A DNA stretch of 64,000 nt from an uncultured Planctomycetota bacterium (GCA_963752285.1 CAVVXN010000002.1:160001-224000); one strand, 5' to 3'. Positions 38,134 to 48,196 are shown, numbered from the stretch's first letter. Translations and numbers: made by a program. Notes: generated by a model from the letters alone, not told the origin.

Positions 38134-39048
38134 TCATCTCCTCATCGGAAGCCTGAGGAGGGTCAGCGCGGCCGGGCGCACGCGGACCTCGACGTCGGTC
38201 CGGCCGGCCGCGTCGCCGTCGATCTGCACCTCGAGCGGGCGCGGCGTGCGGATCCGGACGCGCTGCGCCGTGGCGAACCGGACCTGCCGGTCGAGGTGGA
38301 AGCGGCCGGTGCTCGCCCGCAGCCCCAGGCGGAGGAGGTCGCGGCGCGTCCGCGAGCGCACCGTGACGAGGTCGAGGCGGCCCGAGTCGAGGCGCGCCGT
38401 GGGCGAGAGGGAGAAGAGACCGCCGTAGTGGCGGCTGTTCTGGACGATCACGAGCGGGGTCGTGAAGGCGGGCCGGTCGTCGGGCCGGACCTGGATCGCG
38501 GGGAACCCGTAGCCGCCGAAGGTCTTGAGCACGGGGGCCACCCAGCGGGCGTACCCGCCCGACGACATGCCGTGCTCGCGGACGACGGCGACCGCGTGCA
38601 CCATCGCCCCGTCGAGCCCGATGCCCACCGAGGTGATGGCGCGCTCGGACGAGCCGTCCGCGCGCGTCACCTCGAGCACGTCCACCGGCCAGCGTTCCGC
38701 GCGGGGGAGCGCCGTCGCGAGGTCGTCGGCGGATCCGCTCTTCCAGAACCGCGTCTCTCGCGCGACGAGGTTCGCGGTCCCGGTCGGGACGACGCCGATG
38801 GGCCAGGGCGGAAGGTCCTGGGCGGCGTTCAGGAGCGCCCGAACCGTGCCGTCGCCGCCGGCGACGAGCAGCGCGTCGAGGTCCGCCGTGCGGATCTCGA
38901 GGAGGTGCCGTGCGAGGTCCCCGGGGGCGTCGCCGACGTACGTCGTCACGCGGTGCCCGGCGCGCGAGAGCGCGTGCACCAGCGCCTCCACGAACGCGTG
39001 ACCGCCGCGGCGCCCGGCGGAGGGATTCTCCAGGAGGTAGATGCGCAC
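38134..39048 (-). CDS. Diacylglycerol/lipid kinase family protein
   Basis: NPSAG, GGDGT, PTGTAN, GIGLD, QIDGD. Confidence 0.9.
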   Translation of the reverse strand: MRIYLLENPSAGRRGGHAFVEALVHALSRAGHRVTTYVGDAPGDLARHLLEIRTADLDALLVAGGDGTVRALLNAAQDLPPWPIGVVPTGTANLVARETRFWKSGSADDLATALPRAERWPVDVLEVTRADGSSERAITSVGIGLDGAMVHAVAVVREHGMSSGGYARWVAPVLKTFGGYGFPAIQVRPDDRPAFTTPLVIVQNSRHYGGLFSLSPTARLDSGRLDLVTVRSRTRRDLLRLGLRASTGRFHLDRQVRFATAQRVRIRTPRPLEVQIDGDAAGRTDVEVRVRPAALTLLRLPMRR

Positions 39049-39114
39049 GCCGCGGCCCCCTACGTGGGGGGCACAGGGTACCGGGACGCATCGGAGCGGG
39101 CGAGCGGGCTCGCC

Positions 39115-39143
39115 TTGACCACGCGTCCGGGCGCCCGTACGCT
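39115..39143 (+). promoter_or_regulatory. Sigma-70-type promoter candidate
   Basis: TTGACC-N17-TACGCT. Confidence 0.5.
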
Positions 39144-39275
39144 TCGCCGCGGGCGCCGAAGGACCGCGTCCCGTCCCGGAGAGGACGGGTCGGCGCGCCG
39201 AGGGTCGGCTCGTCGGATCCCGCGCGGGGCGCCGGCGAGCGTCGCCCCGGACGACGCCGAACGGCGGGAGGCGCG

Positions 39276-39737
39276 ATGCGACACCATCGCTTCGAGGACG
39301 GTCGTTACGTGGTCCGCCTGGATGCGGGCGAGGACGTCATCGCCTCGCTCACCGCGTTCGCGACGGAGGCGCACATCGAGGCGGGCTTCCTGTCGGGCAT
39401 CGGCTCGGTGGACCGACTCGTGCTCGGCTTCCTCGACCCCGAGGCGAAGGAATACCAGAAGCGCACCTTCGAGGAGCCGATGGAGGTCGCGAGCTTCACC
39501 GCGTCGATCTCGATGCAGGAAGATCGACCGATGATCCACGCGCACGCGGTGGTGGCGCCGCGCGAGCTCCTCGCGTACGCGGGTCACGTGCACAGCGCTC
39601 GGGTCGGGGCGGTGCTCGAGGTCGTCGTGCTGCCGTTGCCCGGCCGCCTCGAGCGCCACCCCCTCCCGGACCAGCCCTTCCTGGGGCTCATCCTGCCGGG
39701 GGAGACGCCGCCACAGGCCGCCGCCGGAACCCGATGA
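39276..39737 (+). CDS. PPC-domain (DUF296) protein
   Basis: VVRLDAGED, SGIGS, E..S, HAH, GHV motifs; GGAGG RBS. Confidence 0.88.
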   Translation: MRHHRFEDGRYVVRLDAGEDVIASLTAFATEAHIEAGFLSGIGSVDRLVLGFLDPEAKEYQKRTFEEPMEVASFTASISMQEDRPMIHAHAVVAPRELLAYAGHVHSARVGAVLEVVVLPLPGRLERHPLPDQPFLGLILPGETPPQAAAGTR

Positions 39738-40927
39738 GGACCCTGGTGGTCGTCATGGCGGGCGCGGCGGACCGTCCGCTGGAGGACCTCGGCGGTCGAA
39801 CGCCCCTCGAAGCCGCGGGTACCCCGAACCTCGACGGACTCGCGGCCGAGGGCCGCCTCGGCCGGATCGGGACGGCGCCCCCGGGCCACCGGGCCGAGGA
39901 GGGCGCGTTCGCGCTGTCGCTCTTCGGCCTGGACCCCCTCTCGTACGGCGAGGTCGGCGGCGTACTCGACGCCGCGGCGTTCGACGTACCCGTCGGCTCG
40001 CTCGACCAGGCGTTTCGCCTCGCGCTCGTCACGGCCGACGCCACCACCATCTTCGACCCCACGGCGGGACACGTCTCGAAGGACGAGGCGACGCTGCTCC
40101 TCGACGCCCTCTCCGACGTCTTCTCGGACCCCGACCTCTCCTTCCGGCCCGGCGACGGCTGGCGGAACGTCCTCCTCTGGAAGGGCGCGCGGGACGTCCG
40201 CGTGAAGACGGTCCCGCCGTACGAGGTGGTCGGCAAGTCGCTCCGCGCCGCGATGCCGCGCGGGACCGGCATCGGGCGTCTGCTCGCCGCCATCGAACGG
40301 AGCGCGGAGATCCTCGGGCCACACGAGGTGAACGCGTGCCGGCGCGACCTCGGCGAGAACCCCGCGACGCTCGTGTGGCCGTGGGGACCCGGCGTGCTGC
40401 TCCCGCTCCCCGACTTCCTCGCGCGGACGGGCATCCGCGCCGCCGTCGTGGGCCGCAACCCGAGCGTGATCGGTGCGGCGAAGCTGCAACGCATCGAGCA
40501 CCTCCCCGTGGACGGCGCCACGGGTCGCGCCGACACGAACCTCAAGGCGAAGGCCGAGACCGCGCTCCAGGCGCTCGAGACGCGCGATTTCGTGCTGCTC
40601 CACGTGGACGCGCTCGCGGCGACGAGCCACGCCCGCGACTTCGTGCTCAAGGTCGAGACGCTCGAACGCGTGGACGGGTACCTGCTCCCGCCGCTCCGGG
40701 ACGCCGCCGCGCGCGGGGACGTGCGGCTCGTGGTCATCGCGGGCGAGGCGATCTCCGTCGAGACGGGTCGCCACCTCCCCGACCCCGTTCCGTTCGCGAT
40801 CTACGGGCCGGGCGTCCGGAGCCACCGGGGCAAGGGGGGCGTCACGGAGGTCGCGGCCCAGGGCGCGGGCTTCTTCGTGGAGGAGGGGCACGAGCTCCTC
40901 GACTTCCTCCTCCACCTGCCCGACTGA
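39734..40927 (+). CDS. ApgM-like (cofactor-independent phosphoglycerate mutase fold) protein with substituted catalytic residues
   Basis: Scaffold motifs D.P..LGGRTPLEAA.TP.LD, HEVN..R...G.NPA..W.WG.G, GATG..DTN, PVPF are present; several metal ligands are replaced. Confidence 0.8.
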   Translation: MRTLVVVMAGAADRPLEDLGGRTPLEAAGTPNLDGLAAEGRLGRIGTAPPGHRAEEGAFALSLFGLDPLSYGEVGGVLDAAAFDVPVGSLDQAFRLALVTADATTIFDPTAGHVSKDEATLLLDALSDVFSDPDLSFRPGDGWRNVLLWKGARDVRVKTVPPYEVVGKSLRAAMPRGTGIGRLLAAIERSAEILGPHEVNACRRDLGENPATLVWPWGPGVLLPLPDFLARTGIRAAVVGRNPSVIGAAKLQRIEHLPVDGATGRADTNLKAKAETALQALETRDFVLLHVDALAATSHARDFVLKVETLERVDGYLLPPLRDAAARGDVRLVVIAGEAISVETGRHLPDPVPFAIYGPGVRSHRGKGGVTEVAAQGAGFFVEEGHELLDFLLHLPD

Positions 40928-41209
40928 GAGCCTGTGCTTCACAGACTCCGAGGTGCCCGCCGGCGGTCCGCGCGGGGCGCCGCGCGGGGCGGGAAACGCG
41001 CACCGGTCAAGATCCGGGGCCGCGATGACCGAGATACATGGGGCTCCCGGTGGGCGGCGAGCCCGGCCCGCGGGACGAAAGAGCGCGACGGGCGGGACGC
41101 GAGGTCCGAGCGGGGAGGTCCTTCCGTGTCACGCGCCGTCTCCCGCCCGTACGATCGACGCGCCGTAGACGGGCGCTTGCGCCCGCAGCGAAGAGGACCG
41201 GTCCGTACG

Positions 41210-44200
41210 GTGAGCGCCTCCCGTGCCCGCATCGTGATCGAGCTCGCCGGTCAGGCGTTCGAGAGCGACCTCCCCGACCGACCGGTCGTGGTGGGCCGGG
41301 GCGAGGGGACCGACCTGAGGCTCCTCGACGACGACATCGGGCTCACCCAGTGCCGGATCGAGGCGCTCGGCGACGGCCGACACGTCGTGAGGGACCTCGC
41401 GAGCGGCCGTCCCACCCGCGTGAACGGGCTCGAGGTCCAGCAGGTCTCGCTCGCGGACGGCGACGTCGTGGAGGTGGGGACCGCGCGGATCACGTACCGC
41501 GCGGCCGTCGAGACGCCGGCGGCGGGATCCGACCGCGCCGAGCCCGCGCCGGCCGCCGCCCCCCGCGGCGCCCTGCGCGAGGCCCCCCCGCGCGATCCCC
41601 TCGCGGACGGCGCGGGGCGGCCGCCGACCCCGTCCCGCCACGTGTCGCACCACGACCTCAAGAAGGCGATGCTCGGCCTCGGGGCCGCCGCGGTGGTCGC
41701 CATCGTCGTCGCCGCCGTCCTCTCGAGCGGCGGCGCCTCCGACGACGCGGCCGCCGCGGAGCGTCGCCTCCAGTCGGCGCTCGACCTCTACCGCGGCCAG
41801 GACTACGTCGCGGCCGCGAGCCTCCTCGAGGACCTGGACCGCGCCGGGACGCCGTTGACCGTGCGCGAGAAGGCGGGCCGGTACCTCGAGCTCGCCCGCG
41901 CGGCGCTCGCCGACGCGGCCGACGACGCGGACCGGCTCTCGGCGCACCCGCTGGACGTGGACACCGAGCACCTGGACACGCGCCGCGAGCTCTTCGTACG
42001 GCGGCACGGCGCCCTCCTCGTCTCGCGCTTCGACGACGCGATGAACAAGGTCGAGGCGGCGCAGTCCGCGTGGCGCCAGGACCAGCTCGAGGACGCGCGG
42101 AAGGCGGCCGAGCGGCGGCTCGCGAGCCAGCAGTGGAGCGAGGCCCGGCGCGTGTGGACGGGTCTTCGCGCGAAGGGAACGCCCGGCGTCCGCTTCGACG
42201 ACGAGGTCGAGTCCGCGCTCCAGGCGATCGAGAGCCGCGCCGGCGAGGACGCGTCGAAGCTCCTCGAGGCCGCGAACGCCGCGGCCGCGACATCGGGGCC
42301 CGAAGCGGGAATCGCGCGCGTCGAGGCGCGCCTTCCGGACTTCGAAGGGACGGCCGCCCACGGCCGCCTCGTCGGCGCGGTCCAGGACTGGCAGCGCGAG
42401 ATCCGCGACCGGCTCGCCGCGGGCCACGTGCCCGACGTGTCGGGTCCGACCACCGCGCCGGGGCCGACGGCGCCCACGCCGGCGCCGGCCCCCGCCACGG
42501 ACGCGCGGGTCGCCGAGGTCGAGAAGGCCCGGGCCGACGCCGAGAAGAGGGCCCGGGACCGGGCGTACGCCGCGGCCGCCGAGGCGCTCGCCGCGGCGCT
42601 CCGTCCCGACGACGCGGGGCCCGCCGTGGACCGCGCGCGGGCGCGGCAGGCGGACCTCGTCCTCGCCGGCCGCGGTCTGGGCCTCCTGATCGCCGACATC
42701 TCCGCGCGGCCCGAGGCCTACCGCCACGTCGAGATGGGCGCGCAGGTCGTGGTCTCGCTCGAGGCCGCGGACGCGGAGGGCGTCACGGGCTCGGTCACCG
42801 GCGGGCGCGCGCGGTACCGCTGGTCGGCGCTCCCCACGACGCGCCTGGTGGGGCTCGTCCTCGAGGTGAAGGGCCATGGGGAGGACCTCGTGGCCCTCGC
42901 GGGCCTGCTCCACGAGCTCGGCGCCGAGGCGCCGGCCGACCAGCGTCTCGTCGAGGCCGGCTCCGAGGGCGTCCCGACCGCCACGATCTTCCCGCTCGTC
43001 GCGCGGTGGCGCCAAGAGCCGGTGCCCGAGGGCGGCTACGTCGCGTGGAAGGGCCGCTACGTCTCCCCGGCCGAGCGCGACCGCCTCGCCCGGCTCGAGC
43101 AGCTCGACGGGCTCGCGTCGAAGGCGCACCAGGCCGACGCGAAGGTGTGGAAACCGGCGGCGGAGGAGCTCCTCTCGCTCGGAGACGACGGCCGCGCCCG
43201 ACTCGCGGACGTGCTCACGACCCGTCGCGGCGCGCTCGTCGAGTCGATCGCGGCCTCCAAGGCGTTCGACAGCGGGAAGACCCGCGCGAAGCTCTACGAC
43301 GAGCTCCAGAAGCGCCGCGCGTACGCGCTCCTCCTGATCGAGGACGCCAACGCCTGGCCCTACCCGAACCCCAGCGGGCAGAACACCGACGAGGTCGTGC
43401 GCCGGGTGGACGCGGTGCGCGAGGTGTGGGAGCACCCCTTCTCGCTCGTGGCCTCGTGGAACGCCTCGCTCAAGTCCCGCCTCGCCGAGGTCGCGGACCT
43501 CGACGCGTTCCTCGTCCGCGCGGACCCGTCGTACAAGCCGGACCTCGCCGATCTCGACCAGCGCGTGGGCAAGCGGATCGACATGCCGTCGTACACGCCC
43601 GACGCCGGCTCCGCCGGGCTGCGCCAGTACTCGCTGAAGGTGCTCGCGTTCAACGAGCGGGTCGCGACGACGTCCACGCGCGAGGAGAAGGACTGCGTCC
43701 GGGCGGTGAACGAGTACCGGATGATGATGGGACGGCGGGCGGTCCGCATCAACGAGCGGCTGGTCCGCGCCGCGCGGGGCCACAGCATCGACATGCGAGT
43801 CAACGGCTACTTCGCGCACGACACGCCCGCGCCGTACGCGACCCCGGACAGCCGGACGCCCGGCGATCGCGTGCGGAAGCAGGGGTACGGGGGCGGCGTC
43901 GGCGAGAACATCGCGATGGGCACGTGGTCCGGGCGCGACGCGTTCGCAGCCTGGTTCCACTCGAGCGGGCACCACCGCAACATGGTCGCGGCGGGCTGGA
44001 CCGAGATGGGCGCGGGGCGGAGCGGCGGGAGCTGGTGGACGCAGAACTTCGGCGCCGCCGGTGGCACGTCCCTGAAGGAGCCCGACGAGCTGCCGCCGCC
44101 CGAGAAGGCGTTCGCGCCCGAGCCCGAGGACGACTCGGGCCGACCCCTCGACCGGGGCGGCGAGAGGCTCCCGAACGAACCGCCGCCCGGCTCGCCCCCG

Positions 44201-44242
44201 CCCGCCGCCCCGCCCGACGAACCGGGCGCCCCCTCCGACTGA
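41210..44242 (+). CDS. FHA domain + TM helix + helical/TPR region + C-terminal CAP (SCP) domain protein
   Basis: FHA-like VVGRG..D...VNG...L.DGD..EVG; TM helix; CAP motifs NEYR, ARGHS.DM..YFAH, GENIA, W..S.GH..NM, WTQNF. Start codon uncertain. Confidence 0.82.
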   Translation: MSASRARIVIELAGQAFESDLPDRPVVVGRGEGTDLRLLDDDIGLTQCRIEALGDGRHVVRDLASGRPTRVNGLEVQQVSLADGDVVEVGTARITYRAAVETPAAGSDRAEPAPAAAPRGALREAPPRDPLADGAGRPPTPSRHVSHHDLKKAMLGLGAAAVVAIVVAAVLSSGGASDDAAAAERRLQSALDLYRGQDYVAAASLLEDLDRAGTPLTVREKAGRYLELARAALADAADDADRLSAHPLDVDTEHLDTRRELFVRRHGALLVSRFDDAMNKVEAAQSAWRQDQLEDARKAAERRLASQQWSEARRVWTGLRAKGTPGVRFDDEVESALQAIESRAGEDASKLLEAANAAAATSGPEAGIARVEARLPDFEGTAAHGRLVGAVQDWQREIRDRLAAGHVPDVSGPTTAPGPTAPTPAPAPATDARVAEVEKARADAEKRARDRAYAAAAEALAAALRPDDAGPAVDRARARQADLVLAGRGLGLLIADISARPEAYRHVEMGAQVVVSLEAADAEGVTGSVTGGRARYRWSALPTTRLVGLVLEVKGHGEDLVALAGLLHELGAEAPADQRLVEAGSEGVPTATIFPLVARWRQEPVPEGGYVAWKGRYVSPAERDRLARLEQLDGLASKAHQADAKVWKPAAEELLSLGDDGRARLADVLTTRRGALVESIAASKAFDSGKTRAKLYDELQKRRAYALLLIEDANAWPYPNPSGQNTDEVVRRVDAVREVWEHPFSLVASWNASLKSRLAEVADLDAFLVRADPSYKPDLADLDQRVGKRIDMPSYTPDAGSAGLRQYSLKVLAFNERVATTSTREEKDCVRAVNEYRMMMGRRAVRINERLVRAARGHSIDMRVNGYFAHDTPAPYATPDSRTPGDRVRKQGYGGGVGENIAMGTWSGRDAFAAWFHSSGHHRNMVAAGWTEMGAGRSGGSWWTQNFGAAGGTSLKEPDELPPPEKAFAPEPEDDSGRPLDRGGERLPNEPPPGSPPPAAPPDEPGAPSD

Positions 44243-44296
44243 GCGGCGGGCGCCGGCCCGGCGCCGCGGGGGGACCCCGTCGGTATCGTCCGGGCC

Positions 44297-45706
44297 GTGC
44301 TGGCCCACCCGCTCCTCGTTCCCGCCATCCGCCTCGACCGCGCCGAGGCGCGGGACGAGGAGACGCGCCGGGCGCTCGAGCGCGCGCGGGCGCCCTGGTG
44401 CGCGGGCTTCCTCCTCTTCGGCGGCGAGGCCGAGGAGGTCCGGGGGCTCACCGAGCGTCTCCGCGACGCCGCGGGGCGGGACCTCCTGGTCGCGTCCGAC
44501 ATGGAGCGCGGCGCGGGCCAGCAGGTGTCGGGGCTCCCGCGGCTGCCCGAGGCCGGGGTCTTCGGGCGCGCCGCCTCGCCCGGCGAGGTCGCGCGCGCCG
44601 GCTGGATCACGGCGCGCGACGCGCGGTCCGTGGGCGTGGACGTCCTCTTCGCGCCCGTGCTCGACGTGCCGAGCGTGGTCGAGAACCCGATCGTCGGGGA
44701 GCGCGCGTTCGCGTGGGACCCGCTCCGCGTGGCGACGCTCGGTCGCGCGTTCCTCGCCGGCGCGCTCGCGGGCGGGGCCCTCCCGGTGGCGAAGCACTAC
44801 CCGGGCCACGGCGCGACGCGCACCGACTCCCACGTGGACGTCCCGGTCGTCACCGACGACGAGGACACCCTCTCCCGGCGCGACCTGCTCCCGTTTCGCG
44901 CGGCCCTGGCCGCGGGCGTGTGCCCCGCGGTGATGACGGCGCACGTCTCGTACCCGGCGCTCGACGACTCGGGGACCATCGCCACGTTCAGCCGGCCCGT
45001 GCTCGACCGCCTGCGCGGCCACGCGCGGCCCCGCGAGGTCGTCGTGTTCACGGACGCCCTCCTGATGGACGCCGCGTGCCGCGAGCACGGGACGGCGGGC
45101 GCCGCGCGCCGCGCGCTCGACGCGGGGGCGGACCTCCTGCTCTACGCGGGCGACGAGGAGGCGGTGGCGCGGGCGCTCTCGGACGTGCCCGCGGATGTGC
45201 TCGACGAGCGCGCCGACCGCGTGGCGCGGTTCCTCTCGGGGCGGGCCGAGACGACGCCGGCCTCGGGGTCCGACGCGGAGGCGCTCGCCCGGGAGGTCGC
45301 GACGCGCGCGGTGCTCCTCTCCTGGTGGGGCGACGTCGAACGCCGGTCGGTCCTGGTCCTCGACGACGACGGCACGCCCGGCCGCGGCGAGGCGCTCGCC
45401 GCGGGCGCGCGGCGCGCGGGGGTCCCGCTCGAGGTGCTCGCCCTGGGCGACGAGGGGGTCGATCGGGGCCGGCTCGCGAAGGCCTCTACGCTGGTCCTCT
45501 TCGCCTCCGTGCGCGCGGCGAAGGGCCCGGGCGGGCTGGGCCCCGGGGCGCGGCGCACGCTCGAGCGCCTCGCCTCCCTTTGCCCTCGGCCGCGCCTCCT
45601 CGCCCTCGGGGCCTTCGTGCCGGAGGCCGACGTGCACCTCCCCGGGACGCACCCCGCGCTCGAGGCCGCGCTGGCCCTCCGGCTCTTCGACGTCGAGGGG
45701 ACGTGA
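44297..45706 (+). CDS. Glycoside hydrolase family 3 (NagZ-like beta-N-acetylhexosaminidase)
   Basis: DMERG, APVLD, KHYPGHG...DSH, MTAH, TDALLM. Confidence 0.88.
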   Translation: MLAHPLLVPAIRLDRAEARDEETRRALERARAPWCAGFLLFGGEAEEVRGLTERLRDAAGRDLLVASDMERGAGQQVSGLPRLPEAGVFGRAASPGEVARAGWITARDARSVGVDVLFAPVLDVPSVVENPIVGERAFAWDPLRVATLGRAFLAGALAGGALPVAKHYPGHGATRTDSHVDVPVVTDDEDTLSRRDLLPFRAALAAGVCPAVMTAHVSYPALDDSGTIATFSRPVLDRLRGHARPREVVVFTDALLMDAACREHGTAGAARRALDAGADLLLYAGDEEAVARALSDVPADVLDERADRVARFLSGRAETTPASGSDAEALAREVATRAVLLSWWGDVERRSVLVLDDDGTPGRGEALAAGARRAGVPLEVLALGDEGVDRGRLAKASTLVLFASVRAAKGPGGLGPGARRTLERLASLCPRPRLLALGAFVPEADVHLPGTHPALEAALALRLFDVEGT

Positions 45707-45805
45707 AGCGCCCGGCCACGAGCACGGTGGGCGCACGGACCTTGGACGAGCCTAAGCGGCTGGAGCGGCAGGGGATACGAGGGGTCCCGATCGCGTGGCG
45801 CATCC

Positions 45806-45835
45806 TTGACACTCGGGACCTCCGACGCATAAGAT
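45806..45835 (+). promoter_or_regulatory. Sigma-70-type promoter candidate
   Basis: TTGACA-N18-TAAGAT. Confidence 0.55.
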
Positions 45836-45950
45836 CCCGCATCCATCGACCCCCGTCAGCGGGGTGTGGGTGGCGTTTCGGAGGTGGCAGGATGACGGCG
45901 TGCCGGCGCGATTCGTCCCGGCCCGTACGACCGTCGAAGGGAGGGCTCGT

Positions 45951-48149
45951 ATGAAGGCAGCACGCCTTCGTGCTGGACATTTCGTGCTCGTGGCAGCGCT
46001 GCTCGCATTCGGCATCGTCGCCGTGCGTCCCGTGCCTGCGTTCGCGGCGGCGGAGGACCTCCAGTCGGCGCTCGACGACTACGCTGCGGGTCGCTACGAG
46101 GTGGCGCTGAAGAAGCTCCGCGAGTACGTGGCGAGCAATCCCGGCGACGAGGAGGTCTACCAGGTCCTCCGGTCGGCGGACGAGCACCTGCTCCTCAAGG
46201 TCCTCGCCCTCCAAGGCGACAACGAGGCCCTGATGAAGGTCCTCTTGAACCAGATGAAGCCGGTGTCGCGCGCCCGCCACCTCGACACCGCCAAGATCCA
46301 GGAGCTCGTGAACACGGCCGTCACGGACCCCCGGCTCGACAACCGCCGCGAGGCGCAGCTCGAGCTCCGGTCGGCCGGGGACCTCGCGGTGCCGTATCTC
46401 TACGGCTACCTCGCGCGGTCCGACGCCGAGGTCGTGGTCAACGCGATGTTCGCCCTGCACCGGCTCGGCTCGAGCGCCGTGATGCCGCTCGTACAGGTCC
46501 TGAAGTCGGACAACGCGCGCATGGCCGCGACGGCCGCGGCGGTCCTCGGCGACATCGGCGACCCCGTCGCGCTCCCGGGTCTCCTGGCCCTCGCCGGGAC
46601 CACCCAGGACCCGGGCGCCAAGGAGAAGGCGATGGTCGCCGTCCAGAAGATCGTGGGCGACCGAGCCGCGACCCTCAAGGCTCCCGACTCCTACGTCCGC
46701 TGGGGCATGAAGTTCTACGCGAACGACCCCTCCGTGATCATGGGCTTCGACGACGTGCGGAACCTGTGGCGCTGGGAGGACGGCGACCTCGTCCGCTACA
46801 CCATCCCGTCCTGGCTGTTCCCGGGGCAGATGGCCGAGCAGATGGCCCTCGACGCCCTGAGCATCGAGCCCCAGAACCGGGACGCCCAGGCCCTCCTCGT
46901 CCGCTCGCTCCTCCTCCAGAAGGTCGAGGCCGAAGCGACCACGTCGAATGGGGGCACGGTCCCCGACGCCCTCCAGGGCGTCCAGGACGTCGCGGCCAGC
47001 CAGGGCTTCGACGCGGCCACCGAGGCGCTGCGCGGCGCGCTGCGCGACCGGGACTGGGACGTCGCGGTCCAGGCGATCCAGGTGATGGTCCAGACCTACG
47101 CCGGAGAGCCCCTCGCGAACAGCCCGCTCGGCGCCGCGCTCGTCGCGCCCGAGACGCGGGTCAACTACGCCGCGGCGATCGCGGCGCTCCAGATGAGCCC
47201 GCAGAGCGGTCTCCCCAACGCCGACAAGGTCGCGAACCTCGCGGCCCGCGCGGCATCCGAGCGCGCGGTGCGCCAGGTGCTGGTCATCGACCCGCACGAC
47301 GACGCGCGCAGCAAGCTCGACGTGGACCTCGCGCACGCCGGCTACGTGGTCGCAGGCGTGCGGAGCGGCGCCGAGGGCGTCGCGCGCGCGAAGCTCGCCC
47401 CGACGCTGGACGTGATCATCGTCCGCGCGGACCTCTCCGATCCCCAGCACACGCCGACCTCGCAGCAGCTCGACTCGGCGATCGGCGTCATCGACGAGCT
47501 CAAGTCCGACGTGCGTACGAAGGAAATGAGGGTGATCGTGCTCCTCGGCGGCATGGAGGGGCAGGGCGTAGACACGCTGAAGGACTTCTTCCAGAAGCGC
47601 TACGGCGACAAGGTCGCCGGCTTCCTCAACGTGCCGCTCGACACCTCGGTGGTGGCCGAGACCGTGAACGCGGCCGCCGAGGCCGGGAACCTGAACCCGG
47701 ACCGCGAGCGGGCGAACCAGCTCGCGGCGCGCGCGGCCGAGGCCTTCGCGACGACCGACTTCACGTGCCGCGCGTTCGACCTCAGCGTCGCCGTGGACCC
47801 GCTCTCGACCGCCGCGACCGAGGGGCCCACGCCCGACGTGAAGCTCTGGGCGACGCGCGCGCTCGGGAACGTCTGCCTGGGCGGCGCCGACGCGCTCGTG
47901 AAGAACCTGAGCGAGGGCGCGGACGACGCGCTCAAGGCGGCGGCGGCCACGGCGCTCGGTCGCGTGCTCGCGAAGCAGCCGGGTACGCCCGAGCAGATCC
48001 AGGCGTTGATCGACGCCGCGGCCGGCGAGGGCGACGTCGCGAAGGCGGCGCTCGAGGCGCTCGGCACGGCGCGCGGCCTCACCCCGGAGCAGCGTCGCGA
48101 CCTGTTCAAGGCGCACCGCCCCGGCGTCGCCGAGAAGGCGCCGCTCTAG
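45951..48149 (+). CDS. Exported HEAT-repeat protein with an embedded receiver-like domain
   Basis: Signal peptide (AFA/AA), HEAT repeats (AAAVLGDIGD), REC-like segment RQVLVIDPH..GYVV...SGAEG...DVIIV...VIVL. Confidence 0.78.
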   Translation: MKAARLRAGHFVLVAALLAFGIVAVRPVPAFAAAEDLQSALDDYAAGRYEVALKKLREYVASNPGDEEVYQVLRSADEHLLLKVLALQGDNEALMKVLLNQMKPVSRARHLDTAKIQELVNTAVTDPRLDNRREAQLELRSAGDLAVPYLYGYLARSDAEVVVNAMFALHRLGSSAVMPLVQVLKSDNARMAATAAAVLGDIGDPVALPGLLALAGTTQDPGAKEKAMVAVQKIVGDRAATLKAPDSYVRWGMKFYANDPSVIMGFDDVRNLWRWEDGDLVRYTIPSWLFPGQMAEQMALDALSIEPQNRDAQALLVRSLLLQKVEAEATTSNGGTVPDALQGVQDVAASQGFDAATEALRGALRDRDWDVAVQAIQVMVQTYAGEPLANSPLGAALVAPETRVNYAAAIAALQMSPQSGLPNADKVANLAARAASERAVRQVLVIDPHDDARSKLDVDLAHAGYVVAGVRSGAEGVARAKLAPTLDVIIVRADLSDPQHTPTSQQLDSAIGVIDELKSDVRTKEMRVIVLLGGMEGQGVDTLKDFFQKRYGDKVAGFLNVPLDTSVVAETVNAAAEAGNLNPDRERANQLAARAAEAFATTDFTCRAFDLSVAVDPLSTAATEGPTPDVKLWATRALGNVCLGGADALVKNLSEGADDALKAAAATALGRVLAKQPGTPEQIQALIDAAAGEGDVAKAALEALGTARGLTPEQRRDLFKAHRPGVAEKAPL

Positions 48150-48164
48150 AGTCCCCCGGGACGC

Positions 48165-48196
48165 GCCCCGCGCGTCGCGGAAGCGACGCGCGGGGC
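48165..48196 (+). terminator. Strong hairpin after the HEAT/REC gene (no U-tract)
   Basis: GCCCCGCGCGTCGC-GGAA-GCGACGCGCGGGGC, 14-bp stem. Confidence 0.5.

Noticed and set aside
39158..39215. Glycine riboswitch suggested by CGCCGAAGG and GGAGAG
   Set aside because: The elements are in the wrong order and the CUCAGG segment is missing.
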